Positions 34,307 through 41,978 of a stretch of DNA of 64,000 nucleotides are shown piece after piece (position 1 is the first letter of the stretch; every line of letters starts with the position of its first letter). The DNA is taken from NCBI GenBank assembly GCA_964396265.1, contig CAYNEM010000013.1:1681-65680 (forward strand), read 5' to 3'. This stretch comes from an uncultured Methanomassiliicoccales archaeon. Its GTDB lineage: Archaea; Thermoplasmatota; Thermoplasmata; RBG-16-68-12; EA-27. The notes below the pieces were generated by a model that was not told where the DNA came from, made no database searches, and saw only the letters and a program-made list of their open reading frames with translations. The translations under genes and the position numbers were made by a program.

Positions 34307-36030
34307 CTCCCTTCCTCCGCCAATCCGGCCAGCTGGGCCCGCAATCTCTTCGCCCGATCGACGAAGTCTTGACCGGCGGCGACGACGTCCAACGCGCCGC
34401 CAAAGTCCGCCATCACTTCGTCCGCGAGACGAGCCACCTTCGCCAGGTCCTCCGCGCCGATTGCGGAGGTCTCCTTCCGAAGCTTTCGAAGGACCCGCCG
34501 GAACGCGGGATCCCCCGCCGGCCCCAGGCTTGCGACGAAAGCCTCGCGGATCGTCTCCCCCAGGGGAGGACGTTGTTCCGCCTCCGGTACCCAGGCCTCG
34601 AGTCCCAAGATCGACGAAGCCTTCACGACGCCGAGGCCCCCGAGCGTCGCCGCATCCGAGGAAAGGGTGCGGGCCATCACCTGGGTGGGCGGGGTTCGCC
34701 AGAGTCGTTCGAGATCCGCCCCCAGGTCCTCGTTCACCCGCGTCCAACCGGGTTCTGCAGCGCCGTCGGACGGCGCCTGAAGCTCCTGGAGCATGTCGCG
34801 AAGGTACTCCAGCACGTGGGGCACATCCGAGACAGCGAGATCCTGCGGGCGTTTTCCCCAGGTAAGCGCAGCCCGCCACAGGAGGTCCGACGATCCCAAT
34901 CGGGAACGCAGGGCCCCGGCCAACGCCACGTGGAGCTCGGGCGGGGAGAGCCACGCCCCGCGCAAGGCCCGGAACGACTCCCGTTCCTCCGAGGACAGCT
35001 TGGCGAGCGAGACGACCAGGCTCGCGCCCTCGCGCATGCCGAGGATGACGGAATGGATCGCGGCGACCGTGGCCGGGCCGCTGTGGGTGAACGCGTACGA
35101 GGCATCGTCGATCAGGATGGCGCCCTCGGGATGACGGGAGAGGAACTCCGACGCCGTCGCCGCCAACACGCACGCGCACTGCTCCCCTGGCGGGAGAATC
35201 ACGGACTCCACGCCCATGAGCTCCGGGCGCGGACTGCCCGGACCTGCAATCGCCAATGCGGGTCGGGTTCCTGCGGCTGCGAGGAACGTCGCCTCCGCGT
35301 ACGTCGGTCTCATCTCGTCGAGGATGTAGACGCCGGGCGACACCTCCCATGGGATCGGCGAGGACGCTGACGGACGGCCACGAAACGCGAGGGGATTGGC
35401 CCCCCGGAGCGCCTGCGCGTAGAGCACCGCCGCCACCGGCACCGCGAGGTTCGTCCCCACGAACTCTGCGTGACCGAGGATCGTGAGCTCGAAACCGTAC
35501 ACGGGCCCGCCCACCACGAGCGCCACGGTCCCCATGACGACGAGCCACGCCTCCCTGCGCCGGTGCGGCGATTGGCTCCGCGCCGCCAAGGACTCTCCGA
35601 GGGCGATGGCGAGGCACGCGACGGGATAGGCGTTCAGACTGTAGAGACCCGCCTCCGTGCCGAGCTGGAACGCGTGGGAACTCCGCCAGCCGGCCGCGAT
35701 GCCTGCGACGGCCAATCCACCGCCAAAGAGGGCGATCCCCGCACTCGCCACCACACGAAGACGAGACCTCCCGCCAGGAAAGTACGTCATCGCGAATGCG
35801 GCGATGGCGGCGTGGGCGAGGAGGAAGGAGGAGAGCCACAGGGCTTCCCATGGTGCGTCCGGAGAGAGAGCCAGGCGCCCGAAGACGGCGGCGTTGGCGG
35901 TGCTGAACAACGCGAGGGACGCGAGCAGAAGAGCGAGCGGCGCTCGCCGACGGACGGAGATTGCGAGGAGCGCGGAGATCCACAGGGTGGCGGCGATCGC
36001 AGCAAGCACGATGAAGGGGGCGATCGTCAC
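34303..36030 (-). CDS. Polytopic membrane protein (about 6-7 TM) fused to a DUF835-like module and a helical C-terminal domain
   Basis: The N-terminal 250 aa are hydrophobic helices. 'GVYILDEMRPTYAEATFL...ILIDDASYAF...' resembles DUF835. GTGA/ATGA overlaps with both neighbours. Confidence 0.7.
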   Translation of the reverse strand: MTIAPFIVLAAIAATLWISALLAISVRRRAPLALLLASLALFSTANAAVFGRLALSPDAPWEALWLSSFLLAHAAIAAFAMTYFPGGRSRLRVVASAGIALFGGGLAVAGIAAGWRSSHAFQLGTEAGLYSLNAYPVACLAIALGESLAARSQSPHRRREAWLVVMGTVALVVGGPVYGFELTILGHAEFVGTNLAVPVAAVLYAQALRGANPLAFRGRPSASSPIPWEVSPGVYILDEMRPTYAEATFLAAAGTRPALAIAGPGSPRPELMGVESVILPPGEQCACVLAATASEFLSRHPEGAILIDDASYAFTHSGPATVAAIHSVILGMREGASLVVSLAKLSSEERESFRALRGAWLSPPELHVALAGALRSRLGSSDLLWRAALTWGKRPQDLAVSDVPHVLEYLRDMLQELQAPSDGAAEPGWTRVNEDLGADLERLWRTPPTQVMARTLSSDAATLGGLGVVKASSILGLEAWVPEAEQRPPLGETIREAFVASLGPAGDPAFRRVLRKLRKETSAIGAEDLAKVARLADEVMADFGGALDVVAAGQDFVDRAKRLRAQLAGLAEEGR

Positions 36031-36554
36031 CGGTGCGCCTCCAGGTGGAAGGTGACGAGGAGGAGAATCTGCTGCGGATCGCGGGCCTTCCCGCGCGACC
36101 AGACGGTGCGGAAGTCCTCGAGGCCCTTGAAGCCGGCCGCGACGACATCGGTCTCCTCGAGGTCCTCGGCGAGGCAGCGTCGGACGTCCTCGATCTTCAT
36201 GCGGGCGACCTGGCGGTCCTCCTCAAGGACGACCTTCGCCACGGAACCCGGCGGTGGAATCGACGCGCCCAGGGAAACGATCGCGACGGTTTGGGTTCCA
36301 TCCAGACCGCGACCCACCGCCTCTCTCGGGAGCGAGAAGACCCAACGCGGGCGGAGGCCGAACGGCCTCCCCGTGGCGAGCCGCTGGAGGGCGAGAAGGA
36401 CGAGGAATGTCGCGAGCCCCCCCACGAAGAGGAGCGGGAGAAGCCCGAACTGATAGAAGGTGCCGTGAAACCAGAAGCCCGCGACGAGGGTGACCGAGAT
36501 GAGGAACAACAACGCGTAGCGCGTCGTCCTCTCGCGACCTCGGAGCGACATCAT
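36027..36554 (-). CDS. Small membrane protein (2 TM) with a soluble beta-rich C-terminal domain (possibly ASCH/PUA-like, tentative)
   Basis: ATGATG start at 36554. TM helices 'YALLFLISVTLVAGFWF' and 'LLPLLFVGGLATFLVLLAL'. The C-terminal 'VAIVSLG...KIEDVRRCLAEDLEETDVVAAGFKGLEDFRTVW...ILLLVTFHL' loosely resembles an ASCH fold. Confidence 0.55.
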   Translation of the reverse strand: MMSLRGRERTTRYALLFLISVTLVAGFWFHGTFYQFGLLPLLFVGGLATFLVLLALQRLATGRPFGLRPRWVFSLPREAVGRGLDGTQTVAIVSLGASIPPPGSVAKVVLEEDRQVARMKIEDVRRCLAEDLEETDVVAAGFKGLEDFRTVWSRGKARDPQQILLLVTFHLEAHR

Positions 36555-36562
36555 CGTTCCCC

Positions 36563-37294
36563 CTACGAGATCGCCTTCGCGACCTCGAAATAGCCGTTCT
36601 CGAAGACGAGCGTGAAGAAGTCGCTGCTGTGGTTCGCGGACCGCATCTTCGAACACTGGATCCGCCGCTGGAAGGACACGTCCGTCACGGCCTCCAGTCG
36701 AAGGCGGAAGATCGCGTCGGAGAGGAACTCCTCCTCGAGCCCTTCCTCTCCCTCTGCCTCCTCCGCAAGGACCAACGTCGTGCAACCGAGGGAGCGGAGC
36801 CACTCGAACAGGTCGAACGTCTCGCGTCGCGGGTCTTCGAACTCGAGGAGCACGGTCAAGGCGGTCCATGAATCGATGACGAGGAGTTCGAACCCGAACT
36901 CCCGGCGAAGCTGCGAGATCTTCGCCTTCAGGAGCGCAGTCATCGGCCGCTCCGCGGGTCCCAAAGTCCAATCCTTCAGCCTCTTGGCGAGCTTCTCGCG
37001 CACGTCACGGCTGCGACCGAGGTCCAGGACCGGGAGGGCGTCCGACACGCTGGCGGGCTTGAGCCCCAGGGTCGCCATCTGGGAGAGAAAAGCGGCGGCA
37101 TCCTGCTCGACGGTCACGTAGAGCCCCCGGGTGCCCTTCTCGGCATTGCGATACAGGATCGAGTAGGCGACGGAGGACTTCATCGTGCCCGAGGCCCCTC
37201 GGATCAGGACGACCTGACCCTTCGGGATGCCCTGGCCGAGTCCGCCGTCGAACCGTCGGATGTACGTGGGGACGAACGCGCGCAGAGTCCCACC
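36563..37294 (-). CDS. KaiC-like ATPase module with no canonical start codon, in frame directly after the TGA of the upstream KaiC-like gene
   Basis: Codons 37294-37184 read 'GGTLRAFVPTYIRRFDGGLGQGIPKGQVVLIRGASGT' and continue into 'MKSSVAYS...' at 37183. This encodes the LD..LG.GIP.G motif and the P-loop 'GASGTMKSS', with no ATG/GTG/TTG. 'RRIQCSKMRSANH' lies near the C-terminus. Confidence 0.7.
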   Translation of the reverse strand, partial: GGTLRAFVPTYIRRFDGGLGQGIPKGQVVLIRGASGTMKSSVAYSILYRNAEKGTRGLYVTVEQDAAAFLSQMATLGLKPASVSDALPVLDLGRSRDVREKLAKRLKDWTLGPAERPMTALLKAKISQLRREFGFELLVIDSWTALTVLLEFEDPRRETFDLFEWLRSLGCTTLVLAEEAEGEEGLEEEFLSDAIFRLRLEAVTDVSFQRRIQCSKMRSANHSSDFFTLVFENGYFEVAKAIS

Positions 37295-38407
37295 TCACGC
37301 GCCGATGGCGGGGGCAACCTCGAATTCCTTCCCCGGAGCCACGTGCAACGTCATGTAGCCCGTGTCGTGGGCCGTCCCGCGCATCTTCACGATCCGAATC
37401 CTGCGCTGGATCTGTACGTCGGTGACAGAATGGAGGCGAAGCTGGATCATCCCGTCCGCGAGGAAGTCCTCGTCGTGGCGGCCCTGGAACACGTTCCCGC
37501 GGATGACGAAGTCCGGCCGCTCCGCGATGACGAACGACGTGAGCCCCAGGTCGCGAAGCCACTCGAACAGGCGGAAGAGCTCCACGCGCCGGTTCTCGAA
37601 CTTCGCGAGGACCTCCAGCGCTTCCAGGGAGTCGATGACGAGCAGCTGAAGGTGGGCCCCCGCCAGCGCTTTCAACCGCCCCTTCAAATCGTTGAGCCAG
37701 TCCCGCTTTCTCCTCTTGACCGAGCGCCACAGGAGCGTCGCGTCAAGTATCTCCAGGCGACCTTCCACCCGAGAGAAGTCGAGGCCCAAGGTCTCAATCT
37801 GGCGAAACAGGCTGCCGGCGCGTTCCCCGAACGTGATATACAACCCGCCACGAAGGTCCGAGATGGCGTTGTTCGCCAGGATGAACAGTGCGAGGGACGT
37901 CTTCATCGTCCCCGGCGCGCCCGCGATCAGGACCACGGAACCCTGCGGGACGCCGCCGTGAAGCGCCCCGTCAAGCCCCGGGATGTGCGTCGCGATGCGG
38001 GAAAGAGGCGCTCCGGAGTTTCCGCGAGCTCGCAAGACTCCGGGGGCACCAGGCGCCCTCGCCCCTCCCTTCGATTGCGCTCCCGCAGCTCCGGATTCCG
38101 GCCCTCGTCCGGCCAACGCCTGCTCGCGTCGGTCCAACGCGATCTCCCTCACCATCAAGCGCCTCTCCCGTTCGTAGGCGCGGCGCTTTGAAGCTTCTTC
38201 CACCTCCTGGAGGCGGCGCAGCTGCAGGTCGAGAACGAGCCGGGTCGTCTTTCCTTTCCTGAAGCCCTCTGGTGCACGCCGGGACCTGTCCTTCGGGCCG
38301 ACCAGCTCGATCCCCGGACTCCGCAGGATGCAGCCGCACGCACGACATCGAAGCCTCTTGTGGGCGTTCGAGGTCGAACAGTTGGGACATCGCAGGGCCG
38401 TCGTCAT
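37295..38407 (-). CDS. Zinc-ribbon / coiled-coil / KaiC-like ATPase
   Basis: ATG at 38407, 2 nt after the upstream stop. 'CPNCSTSNAHKRLRCRACGC', a charged coiled coil, 'IPGLDGALHGGVPQGSVVLIAGAPGTMKTSLA', 'LVIDSLEAL' and 'RRIRIVKMRGTAHD'. The upstream part of track ORF ..38818 overlaps the neighbouring gene out of frame. Confidence 0.85.
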   Translation of the reverse strand: MTTALRCPNCSTSNAHKRLRCRACGCILRSPGIELVGPKDRSRRAPEGFRKGKTTRLVLDLQLRRLQEVEEASKRRAYERERRLMVREIALDRREQALAGRGPESGAAGAQSKGGARAPGAPGVLRARGNSGAPLSRIATHIPGLDGALHGGVPQGSVVLIAGAPGTMKTSLALFILANNAISDLRGGLYITFGERAGSLFRQIETLGLDFSRVEGRLEILDATLLWRSVKRRKRDWLNDLKGRLKALAGAHLQLLVIDSLEALEVLAKFENRRVELFRLFEWLRDLGLTSFVIAERPDFVIRGNVFQGRHDEDFLADGMIQLRLHSVTDVQIQRRIRIVKMRGTAHDTGYMTLHVAPGKEFEVAPAIGA

Positions 38408-38409
38408 GT

Positions 38410-39132
38410 CTACACGCTCAAGGCCGGGGCGACGCTGAACTTCCCATGTTCCAACACGAGGGCCACGTAGTGCGTCTCGTGCGCACTCTCGCGCATCTTC
38501 ACGACGCGGAGGCGCCGCTGGATCGTGACATCGCTCACCTGATGCATCTTCAGATGGATGATCCCGTCGGCGAGGTAGGCCGCGTCGTTCCTGTGATCCG
38601 CCTCGCCCGGCATGAGGAGGCTCTCGGGGGGTGCCTCCGTGAGCACGAAGCTCGTCGCCCCCAGGCCCCGCAGCCATTCGAAGAGCTCGAACAGCTCTGC
38701 GCGCGGTTCCTTGAAGCCGCCGAGAACCTCCAGGGCCTCGAGGGAATCGAGCGCCAACAGCGAGAACGGCTGGATCTCCCTTCGAGTCTCGACCGCGCGC
38801 GGGAGGAACTCCCGCCACACCGGGGGGCGACCCCTTCCCAATTCCTTCCTGAGGGTCGCCAGGTCGGCGACGCTGACGCGGGCCCCTTCGGCGCCCCCGC
38901 CGAACCCCATCCCTTCCATCTGACCTTCCAAGCTCGCCCTCGTCTGTTCGAGGCTCACGTATACGCTGGCCTTCCCTTCATGGACGGCGTTTTGGTGGAG
39001 GATGGAGTACGTAAGGGACGACTTCATCGTGCCCGGAAGCCCGGAGACGAGGACCACATGCCCTGCGGGGATCCCTCCTCGCATGATCTCGTCGAGCCCT
39101 TCCACATAGGTCCGGAACCGTTGGCGCGTCAT
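38410..39132 (-). CDS. KaiC-like ATPase, single module
   Basis: ATG at 39132. 'VEGLDEIMRGGIPAGHVVLVSGLPGTMKSSLT', 'LALDSLEAL' and 'RRLRVVKMRESAHE'. Confidence 0.9.
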   Translation of the reverse strand: MTRQRFRTYVEGLDEIMRGGIPAGHVVLVSGLPGTMKSSLTYSILHQNAVHEGKASVYVSLEQTRASLEGQMEGMGFGGGAEGARVSVADLATLRKELGRGRPPVWREFLPRAVETRREIQPFSLLALDSLEALEVLGGFKEPRAELFELFEWLRGLGATSFVLTEAPPESLLMPGEADHRNDAAYLADGIIHLKMHQVSDVTIQRRLRVVKMRESAHETHYVALVLEHGKFSVAPALSV

Positions 39133-39136
39133 GGGC

Positions 39137-39541
39137 TCAGATCCCAGACACGATGACTTCGACTTCCCGGGCCGCACGTTCGATGCTGATGAGCACGAGG
39201 CCCATGTTGGCATCGGGGCGCACAATCGTGACGAGGAGCGCCCGCTCCCCCGCTCCCGTGCTGATGACCTTGCCTTCCTCCGCCTCGACGATCGACTGCA
39301 GGAACTTCCCCTGGTTCAGTTCCCTTGCCGCGAGTTCGCTTGTCCCCACGAGTGCGGCGCACATCGCCGCCACCTTCTTGGGATCCGAGCCTTTCGGAAG
39401 GATGTGGGAGATGATGAGGCCGTCCCGACGGGCCACGGCGACGGCGATAACGTCGGCGAGCCTGCGGAGACTTTCCATCGCGGTCGCCAGGTCGCCCTCG
39501 ATGCCTGACACCGACCCGCCGGTGCTATATCCGGAGATCAT
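39137..39541 (-). CDS. Roadblock/LC7 (MglB-like) protein
   Basis: 'ESLRRLADVIAVAVARRDGLIISHILP...KKVAAMCAALVGTSELAAREL...QSIVEAEEGKVISTGAGERALLVTIV' is the canonical Robl_LC7 pattern. ATGA overlap with the GTPase gene. Confidence 0.9.
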   Translation of the reverse strand: MISGYSTGGSVSGIEGDLATAMESLRRLADVIAVAVARRDGLIISHILPKGSDPKKVAAMCAALVGTSELAARELNQGKFLQSIVEAEEGKVISTGAGERALLVTIVRPDANMGLVLISIERAAREVEVIVSGI

Positions 39542-40698
39542 CGAGCACCCACCAGCTGCTCGGCGAGGAGGGTCAGACCCTCCAGCAGGCCCTTGCCCTC
39601 GGTTGCCACGGTGGCGACCACGGGGACCGTGGAAGCTAGGGAAAGGGACTGACGGATCTTCTCAGGTTCCATCGCGCCGCCCAAGTCCATCTTGTTCGCG
39701 AGGACGACCAAAGGCACGTCGGATCCCACGATTCCCAGGATCTGCTTCGCGCGCGGGAGGTCCTCCTCGCGCGTGCTGTCCACAACCAGGAGAACCCCGT
39801 TCACCTGACGAGCAAAGATCTGGAAGATGAACTCGAACCGTTCCTGGCCCGGCGTCCCGAAGAGCTCCGCCTCGAGCCCGGACACCTGGACGTTTCCATA
39901 GTCGAATGCCACCGTGGTCCCGAGCCGATCGACGCTCATCGCGTTCTGACACAGCTTCTGCACGACGGTGGACTTGCCCGCGTCCGGAGGGCCCGTGACC
40001 AGGATGCGCGGAAAGTACACGCTCAGACCGACGAGCTCCCGGAACGTGAGCGGAATCCAGTTCGTCGCGCGCGTCCCCGGCCGTTGGTCCCGGATCCGCA
40101 TGTAGTGTTCGAGGATCCCCGTCCTCATCTTGGATTGGAACTCCACCGTGTAGTCGTTGGTGTCGTTCATCCTCTGGACTTCCTTCTGGCCATACAGCCA
40201 GTTCAGGAACATGTAGCAGACGACGGACCCCGTCGACTTCGTGACCTCGGACAGTCGCCGCCATCGTTCGAAGAGACCTTCCGTCGAGACGCGATCGGCC
40301 AAGAACTCCATCGAATCGATCACGATCCTCTGAGGTTTCTCGTCCCGGACGGCCTGTTCGATCGTGTCCATGATCCCGTCGAACGTGTCGATGCTGTGCA
40401 CGATGTATCGCTCCGTGGACGGAATGAGGAGCTGGGAGCTCGTCCCGTCCACGAACACGAGGCGATCCTCCGGGAAGGGACCGAACTTGCGGAGGTCCCT
40501 TCGGGCGAGGGCCGGCGCCCGGTAGAAATCGACGTAGAGGCAACGCTCCCCTTCCTTGAGTCCCGTGGTCACGAACTGTTCGGCAAAGAGGCGGCGCTCG
40601 GTGGGATGGTCGCTGAAGAACAAGATCGTCGAGGGCTTCTCGAAGCCTCCCCCCAGCCACGAGTCGAGGATTTGAAGTCCCGTGTGCGCCCGGTCCGT
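39538..40698 (-). CDS. Degenerate (P-loop-less) KaiC-like module fused to an MglA-like/COG2229-type small GTPase; its conserved N-terminus follows an in-frame TGA
   Basis: Codons 40698-40624 read 'TDRAHTGLQILDSWLGGGFEKPSTI' with no ATG/GTG/TTG, and the track start is TTG at 40623. The P-loop position reads 'FFSDHPTERR'. 'IVIDSMEFL' is present. GTPase motifs: G1 'TGPPDAGKST', G3 'LFGTPGQERF' (MglA-type), G4 'LANKMDL'. Confidence 0.8.
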   Translation of the reverse strand, partial: TDRAHTGLQILDSWLGGGFEKPSTILFFSDHPTERRLFAEQFVTTGLKEGERCLYVDFYRAPALARRDLRKFGPFPEDRLVFVDGTSSQLLIPSTERYIVHSIDTFDGIMDTIEQAVRDEKPQRIVIDSMEFLADRVSTEGLFERWRRLSEVTKSTGSVVCYMFLNWLYGQKEVQRMNDTNDYTVEFQSKMRTGILEHYMRIRDQRPGTRATNWIPLTFRELVGLSVYFPRILVTGPPDAGKSTVVQKLCQNAMSVDRLGTTVAFDYGNVQVSGLEAELFGTPGQERFEFIFQIFARQVNGVLLVVDSTREEDLPRAKQILGIVGSDVPLVVLANKMDLGGAMEPEKIRQSLSLASTVPVVATVATEGKGLLEGLTLLAEQLVGAR

Positions 40699-41367
40699 TC
40701 ACGCCACCCCCAGGACCTGGAACGTCTGCCACTTCGGCGTTGCCGCCATGCCGCGCAGATGATGGGTCCGGACCTCGCGGTCCATGGACTCCGTGAACCG
40801 CATCTCCAGGACGCCGTCCACGAGGGAGCGCAGGAGGTTCAGAGTCTGCGGGTCGTGGACGCCCTCCTGGACGGCGTAGGCGATGGACCCCAGTTCAGTC
40901 TTGACGCGATTCGTCACCATCTGCAGGAATTTCGCGATGGCCTGCGGGGAGTTGTGCAGGAAGAGAGTGGTGATGCTGTAGAAGAGAATGCGGACCGGCA
41001 GACCCATGGAAACCGAGGCGCGCGAAATCGCCATGCCCAGCGCTTCGAGGTTGGAGTAGCTGCTAACCGTCCAGAGCTTCGGGTTGTTCGCGTCATCGGA
41101 CGTTGATTGAGCGCTCGAGGAGTAGCAGTCGATAAAGGCGAAGTTCGTCCCCTCGGATCTGCCGAGGTCAAGACCCATCGCTTCCGCTCGTCTTCGAATC
41201 TCGCGGGGGTGGACGTCCAGGGTCACAAAGACGACGCGCTCGTTCCCGCGAAGATAGGCCCGCGCGGAGGCCAGCAACCACTCGAACTTGCCGATCCCCG
41301 GAGGACCGACCAGCAAGATGGAATAGTGTCTCGGTAGAGATTCGGCAACGGCTTCCGTGTCCATCAT
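40699..41367 (-). CDS. KaiC-like ATPase module (P-loop GPPGIGKF)
   Basis: 'YSILLVGPPGIGKFEWLLASARAYL...VVFVTLD...' and 'REVRTHHLRGMAATP' (KaiC-family C-terminal R..K/R.RG motif variant). Ends with TGA at 40701-40699. Confidence 0.8.
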   Translation of the reverse strand: MMDTEAVAESLPRHYSILLVGPPGIGKFEWLLASARAYLRGNERVVFVTLDVHPREIRRRAEAMGLDLGRSEGTNFAFIDCYSSSAQSTSDDANNPKLWTVSSYSNLEALGMAISRASVSMGLPVRILFYSITTLFLHNSPQAIAKFLQMVTNRVKTELGSIAYAVQEGVHDPQTLNLLRSLVDGVLEMRFTESMDREVRTHHLRGMAATPKWQTFQVLGVA

Positions 41368-41393
41368 CGACCCCCCCGAAACGTCTCATCGCG

Positions 41394-41972
41394 CTAACGG
41401 TCCGATGGCGAAGTCCCCCTGCGCTTGAGTCCCGCGCGCGCAATCCTGTCGGCAAGGGTTAGGAAGGCGAGGTCGACGTTCTGACCCGTCCTCGCGCTTG
41501 TGAGCCAGCTCGGGGCGGAGAAGTCCTCCGCGACCTCGTTGATTACCGCCATTGCATCCGGCTCGGCGGAGAGGTCGCTCTTCGCCCCCAGCACGACGAT
41601 CGGGACATGCCCGGAGACGTGGCACGCCGCGTCGATCCAGTCCGCCGTCGCCCCGATCGTCCGGGACCGCGTCAGGTCGCCGACCGCAAGGACTCCCTGG
41701 AGCGCTGAGAAATACACGTCCTTGAGCAGATCTCGGAACGAGGGTTCCCCCATGATGTCCCAGATGGTCAAAACCGCATGGACCGGGTGGTCGTCGACGA
41801 AGAGATCGAACTCCTTCTTCGACACCTTCGCTCCCAAGGTTGCGTGGTAGTGGTCGTCCCACTGGTCGTACACGAACCGGCGGACGAGGCTCGACTTGCC
41901 CACCCCCGGTTCGCCAACCAGGCACACTTTGGCTCTCATCACCTCAAGACGTTCGGTACCTGGAACTGCCAT
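41394..41972 (-). CDS. Rab/Ras-like small GTPase
   Basis: G1 'KVCLVGEPGVGKSSLVRRFV', switch I 'YHATLG', G3 'LTIWDIMGEPSF', G4 variant 'VVLGAKSDL', G5 'TSARTG'. Starts 6 nt after the giant-protein stop. Confidence 0.85.
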   Translation of the reverse strand: MAVPGTERLEVMRAKVCLVGEPGVGKSSLVRRFVYDQWDDHYHATLGAKVSKKEFDLFVDDHPVHAVLTIWDIMGEPSFRDLLKDVYFSALQGVLAVGDLTRSRTIGATADWIDAACHVSGHVPIVVLGAKSDLSAEPDAMAVINEVAEDFSAPSWLTSARTGQNVDLAFLTLADRIARAGLKRRGTSPSDR

Positions 41973-41978
41973 CCGTTT

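Noticed and set aside
33605-36148. 847-aa track ORF suggesting one huge protein.
   Set aside because: Only the last 233 aa (from ATG 34306, with a GGAGG RBS) form a KaiC-like protein. The upstream part is an out-of-frame read across the membrane DUF835-like gene (34303..36030), which has a coherent TM and domain pattern in its own frame. The same reasoning trimmed 14873..16336, 30539..32344, 36027..36971, 37295..38818 and 38410..39225.
37295-37297. Genome-wide reassignment of TGA (or selenocysteine) as the explanation for the two in-frame TGAs.
   Set aside because: Many well-supported genes in the window terminate at TGA with coupled downstream starts (for example ATGA at 5803-5806, 24610-24613 and 39538-39541). 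TGA is therefore a normal stop here. The sites fall in inter-module linkers, not catalytic positions where Sec is usual, and I could not recognise a SECIS-like element by eye. Local read-through, reinitiation or pseudogenisation remain the live options.
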